Source: Patescibacteria group bacterium (GTDB lineage: Bacteria > Patescibacteriota > Minisyncoccia > 2-02-FULL-40-12 > GWA2-44-9). From it: a stretch of DNA of 48,558 nt. Location: the NCBI GenBank assembly GCA_038065515.1, contig JBBTQV010000047.1, positions 1-48,558 of the forward strand. The letters run 5' to 3'. The position numbers and the translations under genes were made by a program. This document shows, one piece after another, positions 8,198 to 16,134 of this stretch. Under the pieces are notes generated by a model. It was not told where the DNA came from. It worked only from the letters and a program-made list of their open reading frames with translations, and searched no databases. Positions within the stretch are counted from its first letter, which is position 1; each line of letters starts with the position of its first letter.

Positions 8198-8429
8198 TCG
8201 TCGGTCTTCTAGACCTTCCTCGTTCCTACCTCCCCCGGCCTGCCCGGTACTCGCTCCCTCCTACGCTAAAGCTTCGGCGGGCAGGCAGGATATTCGCTGC
8301 GTGCCGCGGCGGGGTGTGGGATTCTTATACTTTTTCAAACTTGTTATCCACAGACGCGGTTTAGCATAAATGAAAAAGGGGCGCAAACAGCGCTCCCTCC
8401 GATGTGTATAACCCTGTTGATAACTTATC

Positions 8430-9671
8430 CTACGGCAGGAAATTTTTCAACCACTGACCGATGCTATGCAAAAGGCCTCCCATCGCCGATTGCTCTATGG
8501 GCCGGCGGCCTTCACCCACTTCGCGGGCGAAACCCCAGGAAACAAGCCCGATAGCAACGGCAAACGCCGGGTCCATCGCCGCATCGAATGCTTCCACGCC
8601 AACCGGTTTGGCTAGTTTCACCGGTAATCCGAGCGTATCGCGTGCAAGTGTAGCGAATCCGGGAAGTTTTGAACCGCCGCCGGAAACAACCACGCCAGCG
8701 GGCAAAAGACCGTCTTTCCCCGCTTTCTTGAGCTCTTCCTGTACCATGTCCAGCAACTCGCGGGCGCGCGCCTCGATGGCGCCCATCAGGTCGCGTCGCT
8801 GTACCGCAAACGGTTCGTCCATGTACGCACTTAAATCCACCAATTCCGGTTTCTTCCGACGATCCCACCGTTCATTGACAACACCCAACTGCACCTTGAT
8901 CTGCTCGGCGGTCTCCAGAGACGACTTGAGCAGAATAGCGAGATCGTTGGTAATATGACGACTGCCGACGCGCATGACAGCGCTGTGTATCATATCGGCC
9001 TGATCCCACACCGTCAGGGACGCGGTGCCGCCTCCGAAATCAAGATGTGCAACGCCAAATTCTTTTTGATGTTTATCGAGCACCGCCATCGAAGCCGCCA
9101 GCGGCGCAAATACATAACCGGCAACCTCTACACCACACTCGTTTGCGCATTTGGAAATATTTTTGAGATGACGCGACAGACCGTGCACGATGAGCACATC
9201 GGCTTCAAGCCGGACGCCCTTCATGCCCAACGGGTCTCTGACATGTTCGGTGCCGTCGATGATAAAATCGCGGGGAATGACATGGATGATTTCGCGATTG
9301 GGCGGCAACGACACCACCTGCGCGGTATTGATGACACGGTCGATGTCGCTTGCGGTGATTTCACCGTCAGCGCGGCCGATGGCAATGGTGCCCTTTGACA
9401 CTTGGGTTGAGATGTGAAGTCCGCTGACCGAGAGGTACGCACGGCGCACCGGAGTACCCGCCATCGCAGCGGCTTGCTGAAGTGACAGGCGCAGAGCATC
9501 GGATGCTTCTTTCATGTCAACGATTTCCCCTGCCCGCAGTGCGGATGCGGACGGCACCGAACCGACTCCGATGACATCCGGCTGGAGTGCGCCCGCGTCA
9601 ACTTTCACGACCACCGTCTTGATGGTGGTGTTTCCGATGTCGATTCCGCTGATCGTGTAGGGATGACTCAC
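8430..9671 (-). CDS. ftsA: cell division protein FtsA
   Basis: Actin-like ATPase pattern (GIDIGNTTIK, DFGGGTASLTV, VVSGGGSKLPG). Lies directly upstream of ftsZ. Confidence 0.9.
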   Translation of the reverse strand: MSHPYTISGIDIGNTTIKTVVVKVDAGALQPDVIGVGSVPSASALRAGEIVDMKEASDALRLSLQQAAAMAGTPVRRAYLSVSGLHISTQVSKGTIAIGRADGEITASDIDRVINTAQVVSLPPNREIIHVIPRDFIIDGTEHVRDPLGMKGVRLEADVLIVHGLSRHLKNISKCANECGVEVAGYVFAPLAASMAVLDKHQKEFGVAHLDFGGGTASLTVWDQADMIHSAVMRVGSRHITNDLAILLKSSLETAEQIKVQLGVVNERWDRRKKPELVDLSAYMDEPFAVQRRDLMGAIEARARELLDMVQEELKKAGKDGLLPAGVVVSGGGSKLPGFATLARDTLGLPVKLAKPVGVEAFDAAMDPAFAVAIGLVSWGFAREVGEGRRPIEQSAMGGLLHSIGQWLKNFLP

Positions 9672-10117
9672 AAGCCGGGAGTTTTTAGGATTTTCTGTTC
9701 AAGTGCAAACATTTTCCGGGCTGCCGCGACACTCTTTTCGTGATCGTAACCGGCCAAGTGCAACAAACCATGAACCGCCGTCCAGGCCATTTGCGAGCGC
9801 ACCGATCTGTCCGATTGGGCCGCGTGACGACGCACCGCGTCAGGACAGATAAAAAGGTCACCCAGCAATAATGCAGTATAGCCTGATATCGGCTTCATGT
9901 GGAGTGGAAAAGAAAGCACATCGGTCGCTCCATCAACTTTCCGGCGCGTCCGGTTGAGCGTCCGCATTGCCATCGGACCGATGAGCGTGATGCCCACCTC
10001 GGCCCGGTGCCCTTTGGGCAGGCGTATGTACCGTTCCGTTGCGCGATACACGCGCACGAAAAAATCCCGCCCATACACGCGGCTTTTTGTCCGGTTATGG
10101 AACACCAAATCAATCAT
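9668..10117 (-). CDS. ybeY: rRNA maturation endoribonuclease YbeY
   Basis: HGLLHLAGYDH zinc motif. ATGA overlap with ftsA. Confidence 0.9.
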   Translation of the reverse strand: MIDLVFHNRTKSRVYGRDFFVRVYRATERYIRLPKGHRAEVGITLIGPMAMRTLNRTRRKVDGATDVLSFPLHMKPISGYTALLLGDLFICPDAVRRHAAQSDRSVRSQMAWTAVHGLLHLAGYDHEKSVAAARKMFALEQKILKTPGL

Positions 10118-10119
10118 GG

Positions 10120-10632
10120 TTATGCTCCCAATGCTTCTTTCACAAGCGCATTGAGCCGCGACCCGTCGAATTTCCCTTTTGTTTTCGGAGCGACCGCTCC
10201 CATGACTCGCCCCATATCTTTTGCTCCGGCCTTGCCGGTGAGGCCGGCGGCACCGGTTTCGGCGATGGCCTGCGCGATGAGCGCCTTCACGGCGTCTTCG
10301 CTCATCTGCTCCGGCATGTACTTCATTAGGATTGCCGCTTCCGTAGTTTCCCCGGCAGAAAGCTCCGTCCGTCCGGCAGCTTCGTACTGCGCGGCTGCAT
10401 CTTTGCGTTTCTTGATTTCGGTTGAGATCGCCTCGACGACTTCCTCGTCGGTGAGCTGGGATTTCTCGGCAACTTCTACCTCGGCTACGGCACCCGACTT
10501 CATGAGTTTAGCGCGCTTTTCAAGCTCGCGGTTCTGAATGACCGATAACAACATCGTCAGCGTACCGCGCGTTACGGTGTCGCCCGCCTTGAACGCGGTC
10601 TTCATATCTTCCTTAATCGTGTCTTTAAGCAT
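10120..10632 (-). CDS. yqeY: GatB/YqeY domain protein
   Basis: YqeY-like N-terminus and the conserved rpsU-yqeY gene order. Confidence 0.8.
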   Translation of the reverse strand: MLKDTIKEDMKTAFKAGDTVTRGTLTMLLSVIQNRELEKRAKLMKSGAVAEVEVAEKSQLTDEEVVEAISTEIKKRKDAAAQYEAAGRTELSAGETTEAAILMKYMPEQMSEDAVKALIAQAIAETGAAGLTGKAGAKDMGRVMGAVAPKTKGKFDGSRLNALVKEALGA

Positions 10633-10636
10633 GGGA

Positions 10637-10903
10637 CTATAAACTAATTTTTTGTTTCAGGCGGCGCTTGGCCTCGTCGAAGGAGTCTTCATTGTATTTG
10701 CCGAGCTTCTCCAAGTTCTGCCGCAGTTTTCGCAGATGCACACCCATGATTGCCCGATTTTTCTGCTGGCGTTCGGTGAGCTTCTTGGGGCGGTGCTTGA
10801 GGCTCTTCTTGCGGATAAGTACTCCGGACTGCTGAACGAAACGCGAAAAGCGGCGCAGCATGCTGCCCGTTGATTCGTTTGCCTTTCTTTTTACTTCTAC
10901 CAT
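10637..10903 (-). CDS. rpsU: 30S ribosomal protein S21
   Basis: NES....LRRF.R..Q.SG pattern and a basic tail. AAGGGGG lies upstream of the ATG. Confidence 0.85.
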   Translation of the reverse strand: MVEVKRKANESTGSMLRRFSRFVQQSGVLIRKKSLKHRPKKLTERQQKNRAIMGVHLRKLRQNLEKLGKYNEDSFDEAKRRLKQKISL

Positions 10904-10937
10904 TTCATATACCCCCTTTCTTTTTATAAGCAGCTTA

Positions 10938-10999
10938 TTAGCTACTTAGCTTCTTAGCTTCTTAGGCATTTCCTACAAGCTAAAAAGCTAAAAAGCTAA
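10938..10999 (-). repeat. octamer tandem repeats forming a 20-bp hairpin between HIT and rpsU
   Basis: TTAGCT(A/T)C x3.6 (10938-10966) faces AGCTAAAA x2.5 (10978-10999). The arms pair perfectly on the minus-strand RNA with two G.U pairs; on plus these are C.A mismatches. A second palindrome ATAAGCAGCTTAT is at 10926-10938. Confidence 0.6.
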
Positions 11000-11346
11000 T
11001 CGCCCGGTACAAGCTTCGGTCCTAAATCGCGTCCTCCCAGCAAATGCATATGCAGGTGCGGGACGATTTTCCCGCCATGCGCGCCCTCGTTGATGATGAG
11101 GCGATATCCTTGGTCCAGCCCTTCTTTGGCCGCGATGTCATGTGCAACGCGTATCATTTTGCCTAACAGTAGACCATCGTGCCCTGCAAAATCCGCGATG
11201 CCGGTGAAATGTCGTACCGGTACCACCAACAGATGCACCGGCGCCTTCGGATTGATATCCCGGAACACAGCCACTTCCTCGTCGCGATACACAAAGTCCG
11301 CACCGACTTCCCCATTGATGATTTTGCAGAATATATCGTCGCTCAT
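10996..11346 (-). CDS. HIT-family nucleotide hydrolase
   Basis: Histidine triad HLHMHLLGG. Confidence 0.9.
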   Translation of the reverse strand: MSDDIFCKIINGEVGADFVYRDEEVAVFRDINPKAPVHLLVVPVRHFTGIADFAGHDGLLLGKMIRVAHDIAAKEGLDQGYRLIINEGAHGGKIVPHLHMHLLGGRDLGPKLVPGD

Positions 11347-11348
11347 GA

Positions 11349-12671
11349 TTATTTTGACTTGAGCCGCTTCTTGAGTTCATCAATGATTTTCTCCAGCGGA
11401 ATCGTTTCCTGAATCCCCGTCTCCATCTCGCGCAAAATCACGGTACCCTCAAGCGCTTCTTTCTGTCCGAAGATGAGCGCAAATCGGACTCCGAAGCGCG
11501 CCGCCATGCGCAGCTGCCCCTTAATGGTATCACGGCTTAAGCTGTAGCGGACTTCAATGCCCGATTTGCGGATTTGCTCGAACAGCATGAGCGAGCGCTT
11601 CTTTGCGGCCTCGCCGAGCTGACTCAAGAACACTTTCGGTTTTGCTCCCGCCTCGCCGACGGAAATATTGCGTGCTTTCAGGCGTGCGACGATACTGTCG
11701 ACATCAAGAGACCATCCCGCCGCCGGCGTCTTGGCTCCTCCGAGCAGTTCCGAAAGACGGTCCATACGGTTGCCGTGGATAACGGGCAAACCGGCCTGCG
11801 CCGCAATGCCGTCCACGCCCTCGCTTCCGGGTACGGCAGGAACCGGGTCGAGCACGAACTGCCACACCGTGTGCGATGCGAAATCATCGGCCGTCACCAG
11901 CGTGTGGTCAATGTCGTAGGGAACTTGGCCTTCGTCCAAAAATTCCAGCAGGTGCTTGAAGTGCGCGTGCGCTTCTTCGCTCAAAAAATCAACAGACTGC
12001 GGAGCCTCGCGTGCCAGTTCGATATTTTCTGATGCTAGCATCGTGAGCCCACGGAGCGGATTATCACGGAAGACTGCATTCACATGCGCACTCATTTTCT
12101 TCTGATTTGTTTTGAAAAACTCACGCAACGCACGCAGATAGGCTGGACGGCCGACGCCGTCGCCGATAGTGTTCAGGCGCACGGTGAATGTGCCAAGCCC
12201 GAGCGCCTCGATGATGCGACATCCCAAAAATAACAGCTCCGCGTCCACCGCTTCGGAATCATCGCCGATGGTCTGGACCGCCAACTGCCAGTGCATCCGG
12301 TGACCGCGTTCGACCGGTTCGAGCACCGCCGAGCTGGAAAACATTTTGACCGGGTGCGGGAGCGCGTGCATGCCGTGCTGAAGATATGCGCGCATGAACG
12401 ACGGTGCCATGGAAGCGCGCAACGCCAACTGCATTCCATGGCTCTTGCCGGCCGCAAGGCGCCTGCCAATGTCAGGGTCGCTGACCGCTACTGGCCGCGT
12501 GAATGTTTCTGCCTGCTCCACGGGCGCCAAATCCAGACGATTGAAGCTGTAGTCGGCCAGAAGACCGTTGGCTTTGCGCCACACGAAATGCCAGTACTTT
12601 TGATCCTCGGGCACAATATCAAAAAAGCCTGCGGGGAGCGTCGGAATGTTTGATTTTTTCTTGGCGGTCAT
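11349..12671 (-). CDS. histidyl-tRNA synthetase-like protein with divergent catalytic motifs
   Basis: HisRS-like length and fold order with a typical class IIa C-terminal anticodon-binding domain (VFLSQLGEAAKK...ALIFGQKEALEGTVILREMETG). Core motifs look degenerate: LRASMAP, AVLEPVERGHRMHWQ, GNRMD. Confidence 0.7.
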   Translation of the reverse strand: MTAKKKSNIPTLPAGFFDIVPEDQKYWHFVWRKANGLLADYSFNRLDLAPVEQAETFTRPVAVSDPDIGRRLAAGKSHGMQLALRASMAPSFMRAYLQHGMHALPHPVKMFSSSAVLEPVERGHRMHWQLAVQTIGDDSEAVDAELLFLGCRIIEALGLGTFTVRLNTIGDGVGRPAYLRALREFFKTNQKKMSAHVNAVFRDNPLRGLTMLASENIELAREAPQSVDFLSEEAHAHFKHLLEFLDEGQVPYDIDHTLVTADDFASHTVWQFVLDPVPAVPGSEGVDGIAAQAGLPVIHGNRMDRLSELLGGAKTPAAGWSLDVDSIVARLKARNISVGEAGAKPKVFLSQLGEAAKKRSLMLFEQIRKSGIEVRYSLSRDTIKGQLRMAARFGVRFALIFGQKEALEGTVILREMETGIQETIPLEKIIDELKKRLKSK

Positions 12672-12696
12672 ATCGTTTTTCTTTTTTCGTTTTTTG

Positions 12697-13353
12697 CTAC
12701 CGTATCACTGGCGGATATTGAGTCCGTGGAATAAAACCGACTTCGTTGAACGGCCACAACCGCAGCCACGCCATTCCCGAAAAGTACGATTTGTCCACGG
12801 GACCGAAGAAACGGCTGTCGCTGGAATGCTCGCGATTATCGCCCATCATGTAGTACTCGGTTGCTTTAAGCGTAACTTTTACTCCGCACCAGGTCGTGTT
12901 GTTGCCGCAGTAGGTCGGATTTGTCGCCGGAAGATAGCCCTGCTCGCTGACCACGAATCCGTTCGGGTAGCGCTCATTGAACACCGTGACCGAATTATTG
13001 TTGCCGGCCAGCACCGTTTCACCCGGAAGTCCGATAATGCGCTTGATGAAATATTCTTTCGGATTGCCGGGATATCTGAAGATGACAACATCTCCGCGTT
13101 CCGGCCGGCCAAGACGATAAGTCCACTTGTCGACCAGAATATATTCTTTGTCGTGGAAGTTGGGAACCATCGAACTTCCTTTGACGAAGAACGGCTGTAT
13201 AAGATAGTAGCGAATCGGCAGGATGATAACGAGCGACAATAGCACGACCTTCGCTGTTTCCCACACAAACTCGAACAACTCGCCCATGAAGCGCGATTTT
13301 TTTGGCTCCTGGTTCTGTGTGTTGACGGGTGTTGCGAGTGGTTTAGTCTCCAT
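12697..13353 (-). CDS. lepB: signal peptidase I
   Basis: S26 motifs VKGSSMVP, RGDVVIF and GDNREHSSDSR. The track ORF extends to a GTG at 13392, which overlaps the TGGTAGTAT -10 box (13383-13391). Confidence 0.9.
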   Translation of the reverse strand: METKPLATPVNTQNQEPKKSRFMGELFEFVWETAKVVLLSLVIILPIRYYLIQPFFVKGSSMVPNFHDKEYILVDKWTYRLGRPERGDVVIFRYPGNPKEYFIKRIIGLPGETVLAGNNNSVTVFNERYPNGFVVSEQGYLPATNPTYCGNNTTWCGVKVTLKATEYYMMGDNREHSSDSRFFGPVDKSYFSGMAWLRLWPFNEVGFIPRTQYPPVIR

Positions 13354-13424
13354 TTCGTGAGGTAATCTGCGGATTTCGATGCATACTACCACAGTTTTTT
13401 GTCTTCTTCAAGTGGCTTCTCAAT

Positions 13425-13452
13425 TTGTCATTTATCAGTATTCATTTATCAT
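13425..13452 (+). promoter_or_regulatory. pth promoter TTGTCA-N16-TATCAT
   Basis: The -10 box ends 9 nt before the pth ATG and no SD is present. Confidence 0.4.
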
Positions 13453-13461
13453 ACCTTCTAT

Positions 13462-14034
13462 ATGAAACTCATCATCGGCATCGGGAATCCGGACCCCGAA
13501 TATTTGGAGACGCGTCACAATGTGGGGTGGCAGTTTTTGGACTGGCTCTTGAAAAAATCAAAAATCAAAAATCAAAAATCAAAAATTGAATCGAAGCTGG
13601 ATGCGGAAGTCGCTGACATTGAGATAGCAGGGGTGAGAGCAAAACTCATCAAGCCATTGACATTCGTGAATAAATCCGGAGATGCCGTCAGAAAGGCAAT
13701 GAAAAATTGGAAATTGAAAACTGAAAATTTGATTGTCGTTCACGACGATCTCGATATCCCGTTCGGCATGTGCAAATTGTCGTTCGAAAAAAACTCGGGC
13801 GGGCACCGCGGCGTGCAGAGTGTGATTGACGCGCTGAAATCGTCGAAGTTTTTCCGCATCCGCATCGGTACCGGTGTGCGCGCGCTGGACAAAGCGCGCG
13901 ATGAGTCTGACAAGAAGCGCGACGCGTTTGTGAAAGATTTTGTGCTGAAAAAGTTCACACCCACCCAACACGACGAACTCAAGCAGATATTCAAAGACTG
14001 TGAAGTGCGTCTCCTGCAAGCATTAAAAAGGTAG
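13462..14034 (+). CDS. pth: peptidyl-tRNA hydrolase
   Basis: MKLIIGIGNP..EY..TRHNVG, VVHDDLDIPFG and GGHRGVQS motifs. The track ORF starts earlier, at 13399. Confidence 0.9.
   Translation: MKLIIGIGNPDPEYLETRHNVGWQFLDWLLKKSKIKNQKSKIESKLDAEVADIEIAGVRAKLIKPLTFVNKSGDAVRKAMKNWKLKTENLIVVHDDLDIPFGMCKLSFEKNSGGHRGVQSVIDALKSSKFFRIRIGTGVRALDKARDESDKKRDAFVKDFVLKKFTPTQHDELKQIFKDCEVRLLQALKR
13552..13587 (+). repeat. heptanucleotide repeat CAAAAAT x4 inside pth
   Basis: gaaaaaat(caaaaat)x4 tgaa; encodes KKSKIKNQKSKIE. Confidence 0.9.
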
Positions 14035-14049
14035 CTCAGAGATAAAGAT

Positions 14050-14073
14050 AGGCCCGGGGATTTCCCCGGGCCT
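14050..14073. terminator. GC-rich hairpin between convergent genes
   Basis: aggcccgggg / attt / ccccgggcct. The U-tracts are weak. Confidence 0.5.
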
Positions 14074-14080
14074 TGTGCGT

Positions 14081-15502
14081 CTACAACTGAACGGAAGCCC
14101 CATAACCGACGACAAGAGTCCGCTCGATGACGGCATCGATCGCCGCTTCCAGCGCCGCCTCGCGCTTTGCTTCTTGCTTCTGCTTGAGACGGACACGCAA
14201 CGCCCGGATTGGCCTGACCCGATGGTCGCGCTCGGCAACTGACAAACCCCTTGCGACACGGGTAACGATCTCTCCCCGGGTGAGCCGAGTGACCGGAGTG
14301 TACTTTGCCGTGTATGTCCGGCAGAATACCCCATGACCCTCCTCCCAGTTGAACCACGACGGGATGTGTGGGAGCGTTCCCTCCGAAAGAAGGTCGGCCA
14401 TTGAGATGCGCCGTGTGCGACCCATCTTCTGAAGATCACCGATACGGAGTTGCGCTGCAACCGGGTTGATGTTCAAACGCTTGCGCAGATCACGAATTGC
14501 AGCGCTCCCATCGGACCGACACTGCACCAGCACATCGCAGTCCGGGTCCTCGTATCTGACGGCCCGATTCATGAGTCGCGAATCGGACTCGACGAGGGCG
14601 ACCCGGTAGGAAGAACGATCGGACTCCAAGTAGCGGGCTTCACCGCTGGTCATCTTTTCTTGGAACTCGCGGCGTGCCGCAAGAAAATCCAATTGCTCCT
14701 TGTACTTGCTACGAAGCGACACGAGCACGAAACGCCGCCTCTCCTGCAGTGGCACGCCCGCCATGACCATTGCCCCCCAAATGCCCTCGAGGTCGAAATC
14801 GGATTTGGCACCGGCGTCGCGACAATCCAAGGTGGTGACTGGCTGCACTTCGTCACCAATCTGCTTGAAGAAAACAGCCGCGTCCTCGCCGGTTTTGAAT
14901 GTCCCCAGAAGCTTGCGCTTTTGATCTTTTGGAGCGAACTCCTCCACGAAGAACTCCGCGATGAGACAACGGAACGCTCCCGGTTGGACCTCACTGACCG
15001 GCAACATACTCGAGAACATCCGGTACAGCGAGCGGAATGCCAGTCGGTAGAGCGCCATGCCATCGTAGAGCGCTACTCCGGCTCCCCACCACGCCTTGAT
15101 GAGGTTCGCAAGCTCGAACGGCATGCTTCCGGCGTTACGATCAACGCGTAGCGAATAATCCAGAAGTGGTTCAAGCCCCGGATCGTTGCGACGACCAAGA
15201 AAGTCAGCCATTCTCGTTGAGGCGCTATGCCTCACTCGCGCGGCCTTGGATATGGCGTGCTCATCAAACTGGCCGCCATACACGCCGGTACACAGACGGC
15301 GTCGATTGACCAACAACCAATCACCGTCGTGACCATCATCCAAGTGCAAGCCGGCATCCACCAACATGATGGGTGCCTTGGCGATGCCCGGAAAGAGTTC
15401 GGAACCGAACAGGCGCGCCTGTTCATTGGCATTCATCTCATCCTCGTGTGGTTCGTGGTGGGTGACCACCATGTCCACCGGGTACGGCTTCTGTGTCAAC
15501 AT
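14081..15502 (-). CDS. hypothetical protein with an N-terminal MYG1/UPF0160-like metal-hydrolase motif set
   Basis: VVTHHEPHEDE, LVDAG and GGQFDEH resemble the MYG1 T-H-x-G-x-F-H-x-D-E / D-V-G-G / Y-D-H-H pattern. The ~300 aa C-terminal region is unrecognised. The track ORF extends to 15655; the ATG at 15502 has GAAAGG upstream. Confidence 0.4.
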   Translation of the reverse strand: MLTQKPYPVDMVVTHHEPHEDEMNANEQARLFGSELFPGIAKAPIMLVDAGLHLDDGHDGDWLLVNRRRLCTGVYGGQFDEHAISKAARVRHSASTRMADFLGRRNDPGLEPLLDYSLRVDRNAGSMPFELANLIKAWWGAGVALYDGMALYRLAFRSLYRMFSSMLPVSEVQPGAFRCLIAEFFVEEFAPKDQKRKLLGTFKTGEDAAVFFKQIGDEVQPVTTLDCRDAGAKSDFDLEGIWGAMVMAGVPLQERRRFVLVSLRSKYKEQLDFLAARREFQEKMTSGEARYLESDRSSYRVALVESDSRLMNRAVRYEDPDCDVLVQCRSDGSAAIRDLRKRLNINPVAAQLRIGDLQKMGRTRRISMADLLSEGTLPHIPSWFNWEEGHGVFCRTYTAKYTPVTRLTRGEIVTRVARGLSVAERDHRVRPIRALRVRLKQKQEAKREAALEAAIDAVIERTLVVGYGASVQL

Positions 15503-15669
15503 AGCGTTGACCTTTCTGCCCCAACACGGGGCGTAACATCGGTTTTCAACGACCGATCTGGGCGGGATGCCCAGCGCACTACTATTATATCGAGGTTTGT
15601 TGTGAAAGTCAATGGCTCGTAATGGTTCAATACCTTGGAATACTTCCGAAATCATGGTACAGTGACTGA

Positions 15670-16053
15670 ATGATGCCCCGTATGCGTTTGGCCGGAACCG
15701 TCCTCATCGTTGCCTTCTTTGCGCTCACCCTATGTGGAGCGGGCCTACTCGCCGCGCACGCCGGCAACGGCGCGCATGTACCCGGATGTCCGTTCACCAG
15801 CACGATGGATGCGTCCTGCCCGCAATCGGCTATTGATCATCTCAAAAATTTTACCGTTATTCTCGGCTCTCTGCCGATCAGCGCTCTTTCTCTTTCGCTG
15901 TTGCTGATGTGGCTTGCTTTGGCATCCGTCGTCACGATGGCTTCGCCTCTGTCGCGTCGCTCTTCGTTTCCGCATTGTCGTGATGATTCCGCGATCTGGC
16001 ATCCCCTTCAAGTCGCGTTTGCACGCGGCATTCTGAACCCGAAATCATTCTAA
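15670..16053 (+). CDS. small Cys/His-containing membrane protein (copper cluster)
   Basis: Signal/TM segment, HVPGCPF...SCPQSAIDH, and a second TM. The TGGTACAGT -10 box ends 6 nt before the ATG. Confidence 0.55.
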   Translation: MMPRMRLAGTVLIVAFFALTLCGAGLLAAHAGNGAHVPGCPFTSTMDASCPQSAIDHLKNFTVILGSLPISALSLSLLLMWLALASVVTMASPLSRRSSFPHCRDDSAIWHPLQVAFARGILNPKSF

Positions 16054-16134
16054 CAAAATACCGTCCCCATGCACGCTGCGTGCTGCGGATGGCGTTTTGA
16101 TTTGGTAGTATAGAACATCACTTCAGCTGAACAC

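Noticed and set aside
10938-10999. Possible CRISPR-like or tandem repeat array
   Set aside because: The units are only 8 nt with no spacers. The two repeat blocks are complementary and form a hairpin. No cas genes are in the window.
13740-14357. 205-aa minus-strand ORF
   Set aside because: It overlaps pth antisense and runs through the inter-gene hairpin. The translation is Arg/Ser/Gly-rich.
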